Below are positions 39,238 to 52,591 of a stretch of 64,000 bases of DNA, in pieces; positions within the stretch are counted from its first letter, which is position 1, and each line of letters opens with the position of its first letter. The DNA comes from Eledone cirrhosa (Eukaryota). The stretch lies in NCBI GenBank assembly GCA_964016885.1, contig OZ024740.1, positions 281,790,001 to 281,854,000 on the forward strand. Reading direction: 5' to 3'. The notes under the pieces were generated by a model that saw nothing but the letters and a program-made list of their open reading frames with translations, was not told the origin of the DNA and made no database searches. Made by a program: the position numbers and the translations under genes.

Positions 39238-41361
39238 TTATTCGCATTTTGAAAGGATACTGAACTTGTTTTCAGTATCAATATTGATATCATCATCATC
39301 TTCAGATTTATCTGATATATCATTCTCAGACTTATTTACATTTTCAGATTTTTTCTTTCGATTTTTCTTAGACTTTTTTCTCCTAGTGCATTCTGTATAA
39401 CATGGTAGCAGAACCGAATGAAATGCATTGTCAAGAGAAATAAAAAGAGAATCAAACTCACTGCCAGGAATCAACAGATTTGATAAAAATTCCTGAGGGT
39501 TTGCACGGTCACAGATTTGAAGAAATAAATTGTAAAGAAATGTTCCAGAAAATATCATATAAGGGCTTGTTTCATAGAAAGAGCCTTGAAGCAATCGATT
39601 AAACTGTATGACATAGCGTAATGTAACTTGAAATTGATTGAAGTTATGCACAACGGGAGTATTAATTTTTGTTTTCCAATCATATGATGGGTTACCACAG
39701 AATTTTATAAGATTTTTTTTAATTTGCTTTAGTGTATCATGAGTTGTACCTTCAATTAATTTAGACATAGTGTTCCCATCCCCAATAGGTTTGAGAACTA
39801 CTTTACTTTTCCCAATTTTATCCATTTGAATTGTTATCCACAAATATATATTGCACACAAGCAAAGCTGTCACCATAGCTTTATGGATTTTAGGATTAGC
39901 ATTCTTAACCCAATACACAATGGTAGCAGCAACTATTTTTAACTCTTCTGGAAATTGTTTCAAAAACTCCAAATCTGAACCTAAGGTCAATAGCATGATG
40001 TGACGTTTAATGTCAAGAGTGGCTGATGGGATGTCACTTAGAGATGGGAGAGGTCCAAAGTCAGGAAGATCAAAAATTGGAGTGATTTTCTTTTTTTCAT
40101 AGTTACAGTGAACTCTATCATATTCATTAATAAACAATTTATCACTTGGTTCTTTATCAACATAATCTAGAAGCAAAATACCATAAATGACTTGTCTGAT
40201 GTATGCAGAACACAAGTAGACTGATGGAGAAGTCATATGTTCAATTTGACACATTAAAATGGTTTCACGCAAGCGTATTATATTAAGAAATGAAGATGAA
40301 AGTTGACATCGTTTTAGCTTTTGAATAAACCATTTTGGTAGAATATATTTCTTAGAAAAAAACTTCTTAAGACCTGATGATTTAAAAACAAACGTATCTG
40401 TTTCAAAATATTCTTTCATGTCAAAAGATGTTTCAATATTAATATAACTCTTAAGTGACTTCTTTATTTGAGTTGACATTTGTTGCCTTTCTGAGGTTTT
40501 GGAAAAACTCAAAATATTTGTAATAGCTTCTTCAAGAGAATCTTGTTTGTGCAACCAGTATAGAAGTGACAAGAATGTAGCATTGCGCTTCCGATAAGCA
40601 ATATTTATACCAAAATTATCAGGAGCTTTCTTTATATTGCAAAGAAATTTATCAAACATTCCTTTAGAACAAATGTAGTCATTCCCACAAATTGTACTAA
40701 AAAGTGGCAGCAAACTTTTATTAAGTCCAGGGAACAAATCAACGAAATTTTGGCTGAAATAAATTTGACATTCCAAAAACTTATATTTTTTGCCAGAGCT
40801 TTCTTCAGTACATAATTTAGGGTTGTAATCTACACTGTCCAATGTTATAAATCCACCAGTTAAATCATAAATGTAGAAATCACTGTCATTGCTAAGCACT
40901 GGACAATTCCATTGGTTAGACAGAAGCATGATTTGACTATCTGCTTCAAAATCTCCTACAACACAGGGTATACCAATATCTTTTATAACATGAAGAAACG
41001 TTTGACTAGTCAGACATGGTGTCACACTGCCAGATCCTCCTCGTGCCAAAGACTGAGACATGTGTATTCGTTGACGTGCTCTATCGAGGGATGTCTTCAA
41101 TTTTCGATTATCAATTTCAAAACCCCCATCATATACAAGATAAGGTGAGATGTTACAAGATTCAAGAGTTTCAAAATACATTTTGATTTTAGCAACATAT
41201 AAATGATAGTCCCCGCCACATCGGTAAGGTATTTTATGGTGACTGAATATAAAATGATACAAGTTGTTGGCATCAATAACAATCTTGCAATCATGCAACC
41301 GATGTTTGTTATCAAAACATTGCTGTGATTTAACAAAGGAAGAAAGTCCTCGGACACCCAT
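39238..41361 (-). CDS. ASTE1: Protein asteroid homolog 1 (XPG/FEN1-family PIN-domain nuclease), 707 aa, single coding exon
   Basis: MGVRGL start, IVIDANNL, GGDY, VYDGG, EAD, CPVLSNDSDFYIYD, CGNDY; basic C-terminal patch; 5'UTR acceptor (polypyrimidine + TAG) at 41444-41465. Confidence 0.92.
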   Translation of the reverse strand: MGVRGLSSFVKSQQCFDNKHRLHDCKIVIDANNLYHFIFSHHKIPYRCGGDYHLYVAKIKMYFETLESCNISPYLVYDGGFEIDNRKLKTSLDRARQRIHMSQSLARGGSGSVTPCLTSQTFLHVIKDIGIPCVVGDFEADSQIMLLSNQWNCPVLSNDSDFYIYDLTGGFITLDSVDYNPKLCTEESSGKKYKFLECQIYFSQNFVDLFPGLNKSLLPLFSTICGNDYICSKGMFDKFLCNIKKAPDNFGINIAYRKRNATFLSLLYWLHKQDSLEEAITNILSFSKTSERQQMSTQIKKSLKSYINIETSFDMKEYFETDTFVFKSSGLKKFFSKKYILPKWFIQKLKRCQLSSSFLNIIRLRETILMCQIEHMTSPSVYLCSAYIRQVIYGILLLDYVDKEPSDKLFINEYDRVHCNYEKKKITPIFDLPDFGPLPSLSDIPSATLDIKRHIMLLTLGSDLEFLKQFPEELKIVAATIVYWVKNANPKIHKAMVTALLVCNIYLWITIQMDKIGKSKVVLKPIGDGNTMSKLIEGTTHDTLKQIKKNLIKFCGNPSYDWKTKINTPVVHNFNQFQVTLRYVIQFNRLLQGSFYETSPYMIFSGTFLYNLFLQICDRANPQEFLSNLLIPGSEFDSLFISLDNAFHSVLLPCYTECTRRKKSKKNRKKKSENVNKSENDISDKSEDDDDINIDTENKFSILSKCE

Positions 41362-43084
41362 TGTGCTACAATTCTTCTTATATCAAAAATATTGGTCAGT
41401 CAGGTCATCTTTTGATTCATCTGGCACACAGAAAATGTAAAGACTATAAAAGAAAAGAAAAGTATTCTAATGATAAAATATTAATCATAATAAAATCTAA
41501 TATTTGATAAACAAAGGAATATAAGTAGATTGAGGTGGAAGTCATCATCATCGTCAACATTTTACGTCCGCTTTTCTCAGCTTGCAAGGGGTCATTAATG
41601 TAAAAATGTGCTAAGTTGAAAAGGTGGAATAGTTGGAAAGATTAAAGTTCAAACATACTTCCATTAAAGCATGTTGCATGCAATGGAAAGTCAAAAAAAA
41701 TTCCATAAACTAGAAACTTGGCTAGATTTTCATACCAATCCTAAGTTCAATGCTTAGTGAAAGATGAAGGGTAGTTGGTTTGTTTTTACTTTATTCAAAG
41801 CTATATATAATTGTTTCTATATTTGGCACAAGGACAGCAATTATCCCAGTGCATTACTGGTACTTTATTTTATCGACCCCGTAAGGATGAAAGGCAAAGT
41901 TAACCTCGGCAGGATTTGAACTCAGACCGTAAAGGAGCGTAACTCCATGCTGCAAAGCTTGGCGTCTGACCCTCCACTGATACTGCCAATCTATATACTG
42001 TTTCTCTGAATCTCAAATATATGACCCACTGATGTTCCATTATTATATATAGCTTTGATAGGGCGGTGGATTGGCAGTATATAGAGAGAAACAAGGTTTT
42101 AAGTATATTTATATATATTAAAAATAAACATAATGAAGTTTGTATTTGTATTGTATTCTTCTCTTATATGCTTGTTTCTTTTAAATTTATAACCATAATA
42201 TGAAAGATCACCCCTTTTAAGAAGGTGAGGCTCCTGAACAATGCTGCAGAATTTGAATATTCAGAGGAACAATTTTTCTAAATTTTATGTGATAATATTA
42301 TAACACCAAGCATATTTTCATATCAAGATTGGGGGCATAACATATGATGAGGTGTCATAATGAGGCAAGGAGCAAAAAAAGTTTAGAACCCCTGCTGTAG
42401 AAGCTCCATTGTTGGCTAGCTAGACGACTACTCACTAACCCAATGGTGAGGTGCAAGATAGTGCCAACTAACAAATAATTACAACACTTTCCATACTATG
42501 TGGTACACACTAGGTGGTAAATGAAGTAATGACAATATGCATGTGAGCAGGATAAACTCTTTAAACATGTTCTGTTCTGCATTAATAATACTAGTACACA
42601 CTTTCAGAGACTGGTTGGTAAAATCAGTAAAAAACAGTGTAATTAAAACTGGAAAAAAAAGCAATGGGGAATGTAACAATCTGACTTTGTTATTTTTAAT
42701 TACTGAAGTGAATGTTAAGTGTCTTAAGACTAAAAGTGTTTTTTATTTGTATAAATAACATTACAAATTACTTATAATTCTTACAGAATGAAAATATACA
42801 CACTAATATATAAAATACTTAATTACATAAATATTTAACATAAAAATATAAAATCAAAAATAAGAGAAAATATTAATTCAACAGTAAGTGTGTCTAACAA
42901 CCGAGCTCCATTATGGGCATCACCTGAAACTTCGCTAAAGCAAGCCAAGAACTTCATTGTCAGCAGCTCAACTATGCCACAGGCTAGAAAAAATAGTTTA
43001 TTAATAATTTTCAGCATTCAGGATGCAGGAAAGAGCAAAAGAGTCACTGAATGTAGCATCCAAAATGAGACATTTACCTTTTAG

Positions 43085-44560
43085 TCAGTGACAAACGAAA
43101 AAACTATTTCTTCTCTTCCCATGAAACCTGGACAATCCAGTCGGCTTCAGAATTGAGGGGAACTTTACCCAAGCCAGGGTCCCCTTAATAATTAAGTTTA
43201 GCTTGGTAGAGTGAGCAAAGCAACTTGCATTCAGGTGGCAAGACAAACAATGAAAATTTGTGGAATTAAGGGGCTTACCGCAGCGACATATCAGTCCACA
43301 ACAGACACTGGCTCCCATTCTGAATGCAATGGAGATGTAGAGCTCATCCCGACTGATGTTGGCCATGGGCAGGGCATCAACCTAGTTTTCTGAGAATCTT
43401 GTGCTCACAGAAAGTAGGCGACACTTTCAGAATTGAAAATGTCTCTTCAATGCAAATTGTCCTAAACTCTCTGTTTCAGTCTATCCTCCTCTGTATCAGG
43501 GACTGACAAATATATACCCCCCCCCCCCACAGTAGTAGAGCTTCATCCATCACCCTGTTGGCAAGTGTTTTAGCGTCTATTCACTCTCTCTCCCTCCCGC
43601 TATCCCCCTCTCGTAGTCTGTCTCTTTCTTTCACTCTCACTCTCTCTCTACGCGTGCGCAAAAAACATTCGCACGCGCGCACGTGTTTCCACTGTCGGAC
43701 AGACAGACAGAGAAATTGCTGGTTATATATTATAAGGAGACTAGCAGAAAACCACCCGGTCGGCGGTTTTCTGCTAGTCTATATATCTAAAACAGAGAAT
43801 GTCCGTCTGTCTGTCAGCTCACTAAAACTTGAGAACCATCCAACCGATTGTTTTCAAACTTTAGACATGTAATACTTATGGTCCTGAGTGTTTTGAGCAA
43901 ACATTATTTCAAATTTTCAATGCCCTAGGGACCGCATTAGGCGATTTAGCGTTCTCTCTATATAATTCTTAGTCTTTCTTTTTAGATAGATACATAGATA
44001 TAACGTTGTGCCCTTATAATATCTGTCTGTATGTCTGGCTGTCTGCATTACGTCATTATGACGCGCTCAGCGCGATTCCCTCGGCCTCAGTGACCAAAGT
44101 CAGTGGCGAGGGGAAGGTAATGTTTCTGTAGCACGTGTTTTAGCGTCTATTCACTCTCTCTCCCTCCCGCTACCCCCCTCTCGTAGTCTGTCTCTTTCTT
44201 TCACTCTCTCTCTACGCACGTGTTTCCACTGTCGGACAGACAGACAGAGAAATTGCTGGTTATATATATATATATAAGTAGATTGGTCACCAAAGGAGAA
44301 GTGGGAGGGCTTCTGATAAGCCCGCCAAGCAAAGGGTTAGAGCTGTAGGATCTTCTTTACTGAGAGGAGGATGACATCACATCGGATGGAGTTAAAGGCA
44401 TTCTTGAGATCAAGTTTGAGGGTCTTAGAAGGCAAGGTGGTAAACCACGCCCCAAGCTGAATAGGGAACATTTCTGCAGAAAGAAAGCCTGAAACTAATG
44501 ACAGACACACTTTTGTTGTGAGCCGTCGCAGAGTGCACCAATATCTGCAATGGGACAGAA
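43085..44560 (-). mobile_element. CRE-like (RLE) non-LTR element remnants interrupted by a Helitron-type insert
   Basis: RMGASVC..ICRCG..HCLSC..LN..PSILKPTGLSRFHGKR and KLDLKNAFN motifs; related remnant at ~48950-49330. Confidence 0.6.
43564..44280. mobile_element. Non-autonomous Helitron/Helentron-like composite
   Basis: Hairpin CTAGCAGAAAACC..GGTTTTCTGCTAG (43741-43777), (TCTG)n, direct duplication 43564-43735/44135-44275; related to 61481-61824 and ~29810-30055. Confidence 0.55.
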
Positions 44561-46509
44561 GTCACCACTGGTCTTTGCTAGACCAAACAGTTTAGCCACA
44601 AATAACAAGGGGCGAATATTAGGGAAGAAACAAAACATTTTGTATACATGTAAGAAATGTTTTCTCAAAATAAAATGTTACATGTTAGTTTTTTTGTTTT
44701 GTCTTTAGAATCTCACATGTTCAAAATGTATTAAACAAACAAATAAGTAAGAGTCATGTGTGATATACCGCTTTTTAAGCTTAGAGTATTCGTTTCGCTA
44801 ATTCAGATTTTTACATCACCCATTACTTTAATTATGGTTTTCTTCCGAGTTAACGTAAATAATTAACAGACGCATAACTAAAATAATAATAATTTCTTTC
44901 ATATTATTAATAGCATAACTAAAGTTTAGAGTGAATCCTCCTACTTTCTTCATAAATGCAAAAGATAAACTCGTAAATCTTCTTGTGACTCCAATTTCAT
45001 AGGATGTCTGATATTTTATTGGAAAGTCATATTTCTATAATGTCTTTAATTTCATCAGTATAATCGTTATATTCACTTTCTAAAATGTACCTTTACGGAC
45101 TGAGTTCAAATCCCGCCGAAGTTAACTTTGCCTTTCATCCTTACGGGGTCGATAAAATAAAGTACCAGTAATACACTGGTTTAATTGCTGGCCTTGTGCC
45201 AAAAAGTAGAAACAATTATTATCATAGTATAACAATTATCATAGTATTGAACTGATGTTTGTATATACGCGTGGGCAGAAAGTTATGGAGTGGAAGGGCA
45301 TAGAGCACTAATTGCACCGAAAATATAACAAAATATGATTGCAGCTAGAGCTGAAATTAGTTTCTTTGTCTAATGTGTGTTTGTTGAGAGTATACGAAGA
45401 AAATTGTTAATTGAAAATTCAATAAATATTAAGTAGGAACAATTCTTAGAGTAACCAAAAAATAACATACCATGTACCGAAATAGAAAATAAGTTTCTTT
45501 TTGAAAAACATGTTTCGTTTTAAAAAACCGGAAATAACGTAATAGTCTCTAAAAAGAAACTTAGAATATATCCTCTTTTATTATTTATATACAACATTGT
45601 AGAAACAATTATTTATATACAACATTGGATGTTTCTTTAACGGCACCAACATTTAAATGAATAAATATATTAATTAATAAGAAAATAATCAACTATTTAT
45701 AGAGGGTCAAGTTATTTCCCTCGACTGAAATGAAATAAATTAATCTATATATCTCCCTCATTATGTCATACATATAAATACATCTGTATCTTTTATTTAC
45801 AGATACACACACGTACGTTATATATATTATATATATCATATATGTGTGTGTTATTGATAAAATCGTGTTTCACGTTCGGTAAATAATAAATATCAATAAC
45901 GATGAGTTGCCTCTCTTGTTCAGTGGTTAGTACCAAAGATTTTTACATCGATGGATAAAAGAAAAATATATCTATGCTCCCCCACCCCAAAAAGCTAAAT
46001 AGGGAATACCTATGCTCTCCTACAAAAAAAGCTATGACTAAAAGGTTTTAAATCTCATAAATAGCTAAAATGAATACCGAAATGAGGAACACGATAAAAA
46101 TAAAAATAATGGAGTTTAACAACCAGGCGTAAACAGGGGAGGCAACCTATTATTACTATCGTTCTACATGTAAATTTGCCTTATAATAAAAATTCCATCT
46201 TCGGATGGAATGCTTAGCGGTATTTGTTCCGGCTCCCTGCACTCTGAGTTCAAATCACCTTGAAATCATCTTTATATTTCATCATTTTGAGGTTGATAAA
46301 TAAAGTACCAATCCAATACTGAGGTTGATACTTTCTCTGTCTCTCCGGAAGAAATCTGCTGGCTTCAGACCTGCAGAGGGATGGTTTCTGCCAAGTTTCA
46401 ATGTGCTCTAAGACATAAATATTTATACTCTGCTTTGTATTGAGAACCTTACTTACTGTGGTTACCCCCGATTGAACCCTGGATAAACTTATATATATAT
46501 ATATATCTT

Positions 46510-48720
46510 TTTCTTCGCCCACTTATTCCTGAGAGAGTCGAGGGGGCAGAGTCCTCAAATACGCCTTCCAGCAGGTCATGTCAGAAGCAATCATCTCCAA
46601 CTGATTTGGCTGGATCGCCAAGCGAGACCAGCCAAGCTCATGGATGCTATCCAACCCTCTTGCTCTGGGTCTGCTACCTGTTAGTTTTTTGGCAGTAAAA
46701 TCTATCCAGCGATTCTTTCATGAGGCATTTAACCACCTGCCCATAGTATCGGAGCTGTGATCTCTCAATTCAGAGAAATAGTGGCTCTGCTTGGAGCGAC
46801 TCTCTAATCTCTGAGCTACGCACTTTATCGAATAACCTTACTCCAAAGAAATCCTATTTCGGCTGCTTGTATTCGTGATCGTATTCTTTAGGTCATTACC
46901 TAAGATTCATGCCCATAGGTAAGAGTTGGCACGAAAAACGAATTGAAGAGTTTGGCTTTTACACCTACCTCCCTTCTTCTGATTACTGAATGCTGAAGCT
47001 GGCGCATTACTGCACCAGCTTTTGCAATTCTTCCACCCAATTCAGCCTCCCGCCTTCCATCACTCGTGAACACGGCCTCGTGATGCTTGAACTTCTTTAC
47101 CTGCTTCAGTGGAACTCCATTCACATATAGCGTGCACTGCGCAGGCTTCTTTGAGAGGACGTGTCTCAGTTTTCGCAGCACTGATTTTCATTCCTACAAT
47201 GCAGCACACGGCATCAAACCTATCAAGTGCAAGTCGAAAATGATCTTCTGTCGAGTTGAGTAACACCATATAGTCTGCAAATTCCAGTCGACTGATTTTA
47301 CACCCGCCAGTCATGAGACCACTTCCAATCCGACTGCGCATGTCAATCCTGTTCGTGAAAATAATTAACAAGAGAGGTGACAGTATGCACCGTTGGCAGA
47401 GTCCGACTCCCACATTGAATGGTTTCCATTTAGCATAATTTATTCGAACACAAATACTCGGGCATTCATATAGAGGCATCAGGGTACCAAGAAGCTGACC
47501 ATCAATCCCATACTCCTGCTTAGACTTCCACGGCAGGTCCCGAGGAACGCGGACATAAGCCTTCTCAAGGTCGACAAAACAAGAATACACTTTTTGGTAA
47601 TACTCCAACGATTTCTGGAATAGCTGCTGACGCACTGTGAATACTTGATCGGCTGGGCTACGTCCGAGGCGAAAACCACACTGTTCATCGGCTAGCTTGG
47701 ACTCGACAAACTTAGCATAGACATTACCGAGGAGGCTAAACAAGATGACTTTGTTATTGGAATAATCTCTCTTGTTTCCATTTTTGAAAATTCGGATTAT
47801 CACTCCCGATTGCCATTGCCTAGGTAACCTTCCAGAGATCCAGACCACAAAGCACACACGAGTCAGCCAGAGAATACCTTCTCTATTTAAGGCTTTTAAT
47901 ATGTCGGGTCGGATTTCATTTGAGCTCTGACTGCTCTTGCGACCTAAGCCTCAGAGATTAGTCACCGCTTCCAGATGCGCCTAGTGTGCATCTGAAGATG
48001 CTGTTGTGATCGGGTTTAGGAGATCAGCAAAGTATTCTCTCCGCCACGCGAGGATGCACCTCTCTGAAGAGAGGAGAACCCTAGACACGTTCTTTATAGC
48101 AGGTGTGGAGGAGGGCTTCTTATTACAAAGTCGGCGGCTGGCCTAACAGATCTGAAGTCGAATTCCAGCTTAATCCCAAAGTCCTCCCATGTCTTAACTT
48201 TGGACGCTTTTACAGTCTCTGCTGCGATTTTTCGTGGCTGCTTGTACCGCAAGTGCAAGAAGGAGGACTTATTTCCAGGCCAAGCTTTCTGAGCCCCCTT
48301 CTTTGTTCGGATGACATTTTTGACCTCTTGATTGAACCAAGGAGTCTTCATGTCATTCGGTGTCACACCAAGCCTCTTTCACCCGTAGCATTTAACAGCT
48401 GAAGCAGAAACTGCCGCGCTGAACGATCTCCACTTTATCTCAACGTCCTCAGTTTCCTCAAGGAGTTCTCTGAATTTGGATGCAATAGTATCTGCATACC
48501 TGGTCCTGACTTCCTTATCCACCAATGCTTCCCACTTTATCCTGTACGTCGCTCTGGACCTGCCAGTTTTGTGTGCCTTTTGGCTTTAGGTAGTCTGAAA
48601 TTGTAGATAATTAGATGATCAGTTGACAGCCCATGCCCTCTCTTAACACGTACATCCAGCACAGAATCAAAGAGATCAGAGACCATTACAAAATCAATTA
48701 TTTATCTCTGTTCCTACCCG
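46510..48720 (-). mobile_element. Decayed RTE-clade LINE
   Basis: EQCGFR, FVDLEKAY, GLCQRCILSPLL, FADY(D), PTLTYGHES; short 3' end copy at 51430-51565. Confidence 0.88.
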
Positions 48721-49389
48721 TCCCTGAAGTGAAGTGAAGATATAAATTCAACCGTGTTTATCATCCTTTTCCACAACAATCAAAACTTCGGTTTATATCT
48801 AGCTCTTCCTCAGGGACAACAGATAAGACCATTTGGCTTTTACCCATAAATCCTGGAGAATCCAACTTGACCCAGAATTGATGGGACATTGATTTTAACC
48901 AGGGCCGCTTAGAATTAAATTTAGTTCGGTATGGCGAGCGAAGCCACCCATATTCCACCGGCAAAACAATCCATGAAGACCTGTGGAGTCAAGGTAACTG
49001 CCATAACGACATTTCATCTACCAAAGACATTGACTCCGACTCTGAATGCAATGGAGATATGGAGCTGATCCAGACTGAGTAGGCCATCGATGTTGGCTAC
49101 GGTTAGTGCATCAACCTAGTTGCACGAAAATTTTGCATCCATGGAATGTAAGTGGCACCTTTAGAATTGATCAGATTGATCTAAGAGAGAGAGAGTTGAA
49201 AATGTTTCTCGAACGTAAATAGTATATTAAGAACTGACAAACCCTGCTCTGGAGCACCAACCACCTCCATGTTGTAACTTGTAACTAGTCCATGCTGGAA
49301 ATGAGAGGATGTTATCCATCAGAGGGAAGCAAGCATATATGAAGGCAAGAAAGGAGAGAAAGGACAAAGATGAGCAATTACATAGATAC

Positions 49390-50370
49390 TACTTACTACT
49401 TTGACGCTAAACTCCGCCAGTTGCAGACTGCGCATCAACATGAGTTGTTTTTATCCACAAAGTTCTATCACCAGCAGCAGAGTTCAAAGAGCAAAGATGA
49501 AGTCCAGTCCATAGGCTGACATTATCAAGCCATCGTTTTGGCAGCTGGACTCTGCTTCTCTTACCACGAGTTGATCTTTTTTTATATAATCGTATATTCT
49601 GAGTACTCTTGACTTTACAATTGATGTAATTGGTCTAAGTCTGGTAATGTTGAGTAGCTCACTGATACAGATACGGTCGCTGAGTTGCTTGCCAGTCATA
49701 AGTCTCATGATGTGGTTCTGGAATGTAAAGAGCTTCTGAAGTGACCTTGTCGTCCAATTAACACAGTCAAGACCATATAACACAACTGGTAGGATGTAAA
49801 TATCAAAGATCTTAGCCTTCAAATGATAGGAAACTCGTTTTGATGTTAGTACTTCCTTGTTCTTGTTGAAAGCTGCCCAACCTAGAGCGATTCGATATGG
49901 CGCAGCAACCATCCCATTATTGTCTGATGATAGTTTGTGACAGAGATATACAAACTCCGTAACTTGATCAATTTGCTGATTGTAGATTGAGAGCTCGAGA
50001 TTGGCATTGTTTTTATCAGTTGTCAACCTACTGAAAGAAACTTACACCAACTCAACAGCATATATCAAAACAGATTTGGGAACTACAAGTGTATAGACAT
50101 CTTGAAAGGAGTTAAGCAGGGGGATGTACTATCAGCACTTCTTTTCTGTATAGCTGCACTTATCTACCAAACTGAAGAAGAATGCTCTATCAAATAGGAG
50201 GTAAAATCCTTTCAAATCTTAGCTACGTGGACGATTTGGCCATCATGAGTTACTCTAGAACTGATCTGCAAGACTTTCTGAATGTACTGGCCAAACATTC
50301 GCTGGCGGCTGGCTTGCGCATCAACATCTCCAAAACAAAGTGTATAACAACCGCTAAAAACAATTACATA
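49390..50370. mobile_element. RTE-like LINE fragment with internal inversion
   Basis: Minus 49484-50026 (YILPVVLYG) abuts plus 50040-50370 (GVKQGDVLS, YVDD, INISKTKC). Confidence 0.75.
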
Positions 50371-52301
50371 GATAGAGAGCCCCAAATCATTAGGGCCATG
50401 CAATCTAGTCACGGGAGTTTGGAGAGTCTGATATTGTCTAATATGCCATTTCTGTTTGGACATTTATCAGAGTACCTTCATTTTCTCCCAAGAAAGAGAC
50501 TGATGGATTATAGCTATTAATATAATTTGCTTTTATTGGAAATATAAACACAATTTATACAATAAATATGATTTGCAAAAGAAAAACATGAATAAATATT
50601 AGTCAGAGAGAATAAAAAACAAACAAAAAAAAAAACAGAGAAGACATGCACACACAATCACACGCTATAACAAGGATTGTTGGTGTTATCCCCTCAAAAA
50701 TGTTGAAGCAAGCTAATACACTCACTGCATTGCAACGAGTGATAACGAGGAATAGCCAAGCAACCTCACGAGCATCGCCTGGTATTTCAGTACGTCGAAC
50801 TGCCAGCAATAACAAAAACCTCGCTGTAGTTTACCAATAAATTACTGTGTTTCAGAATTTTATTCTGTTCGACTACCGATGCAATAACTCTTACCATCCC
50901 AGTAGTATCTAGGAGGCGAAAAGAGCAAAAGAGTCGTTGACAGTGACGTCCCATATGACACATCTAACACTAGCCCTTTTGCAAAGGGTAGCCCACCCGG
51001 CCTCTTTCCTTGGACCCCGGATAATGCGGTTGATTGCAATATTTATTATTTTAATATCAATTATAATAATATTAAAGACAAACCGTGGCTCAGCTGAAAT
51101 AGCTAGGCTAATTTGCATAACTGTACATTCGTTAGCAATATGGTTAATTAATTATTTAAATATTTGTCCACGATATAATATATGCTGGGTAATCTGAATT
51201 TTTTCATCTATGTATTACTGCAACCTTTAGATTATATGTCTCACTGAGATTTGTAAACCAATGTAAACACATTTTATATATCCCCCACATTCTTGAATCT
51301 CATATTCGCATTTGTTTACATTTCGCAGCGACGCTTATCATTTTTTTTTTTAATAGGCAGTGTCGAGAATAAGCAAGCATAACACTTAAACGGCCGTAAT
51401 GTTTTGATTGATTGTTTTTATTTAATTATCTTCTTCTTCGCCCGCTTATTCCTGGAAGAGTCGTGGGGGCAGAGTCCTCAAACACGTCTTCCAGTTGGTC
51501 CTGCTAGAAGCAACCGTATCCAATTGATCCAGCTGGATCCCCAAGAGAGATCAGCCGCGCTCATTTAATTATCAATATATTCAACTATCTAGAAGTCATT
51601 CATAGAGAATTACGTTTCTCTGCAATTTTTTTTTTTTCCAAAATTTAATTTTTTTTCTCGACACACCAAACCACCCTCGTAATATTTTCAGAAACAAATA
51701 AATAAAGTAATCTGTATTCAATAATGAGAACGGTATACAGGACTAACCTTCATCAAACTACTTTTCCAGAGTATTTTCCAGTGAGACACAGACAGTCAAG
51801 TATAGGGACCAACATAGTGAAAGTAATGTGCATACTGTGTATATGTATGTATAGTGTTTAAAAAAATCAAAGAAAATCGATATTTAAATAACTATTTAAC
51901 TTTTTGAAAAGTGGAGGACAATTTCTTTTTAAAATTGAAACTAAAAAAAATTGAATATCATTTATCTTTAAATGTAGAAATCCGAGGAAGCAGTCGAAAA
52001 TGATAAAAACAAAATAATAAAGTTACGAGAAGGGGCGACGGAGAGAAAGCTCCGCCAAATTATAGACTGTCTGTGGTAGGAATCAGTAGGATATGACTAA
52101 ATATTACGAAATCACCTAATTTTCTTACGTTTTTTTTTTATTTAGTTTTGCATAATTGGTCCAGTAGCTACAATATTTGTGTCAGCCATTCTGTTTTACA
52201 TCAATCTATGTCGCAATCAGTGATTGGTTGGTTTTTCATGAACGAAAAAAGCAGCCAACCCTGATCTTTGTCATAAACCATCAACAAACAACACGTTTCC
52301 A

Positions 52302-52453
52302 ATGTCGGGTGACGAAAGTCCAGTGGATTTCAACGTGTGTGTTGTTTTGCCGGCTGGAGGTTATGGCGCTCGGACGGGAGTTCCTACTCCCAAACAGTTC
52401 TGGCCCATCATGGGAAAACCGTTGATTGCATATACGTTAGAAACATTTAATAG
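52302..52453 (+). CDS. CRPPA: ISPD/CRPPA (D-ribitol-5-phosphate cytidylyltransferase) exon 1
   Basis: [29 protein letters not shown]; ends AG|GCAAGT, phase 2. Confidence 0.88.
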
Positions 52454-52539
52454 GCAAGTAAAAACCACAATGAATGTTTTTCCTTCTTTTTTTTGTATGA
52501 CAGCTGCTGGGTATATTAGCAACGGATGCTCGTAAAACG

Positions 52540-52591
<52 letters not shown>

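Noticed and set aside
40370-40400. CTGATGA matches in ASTE1 antisense, at ~49924, and in YADD codons
   Set aside because: No compatible stems I-III; chance matches.
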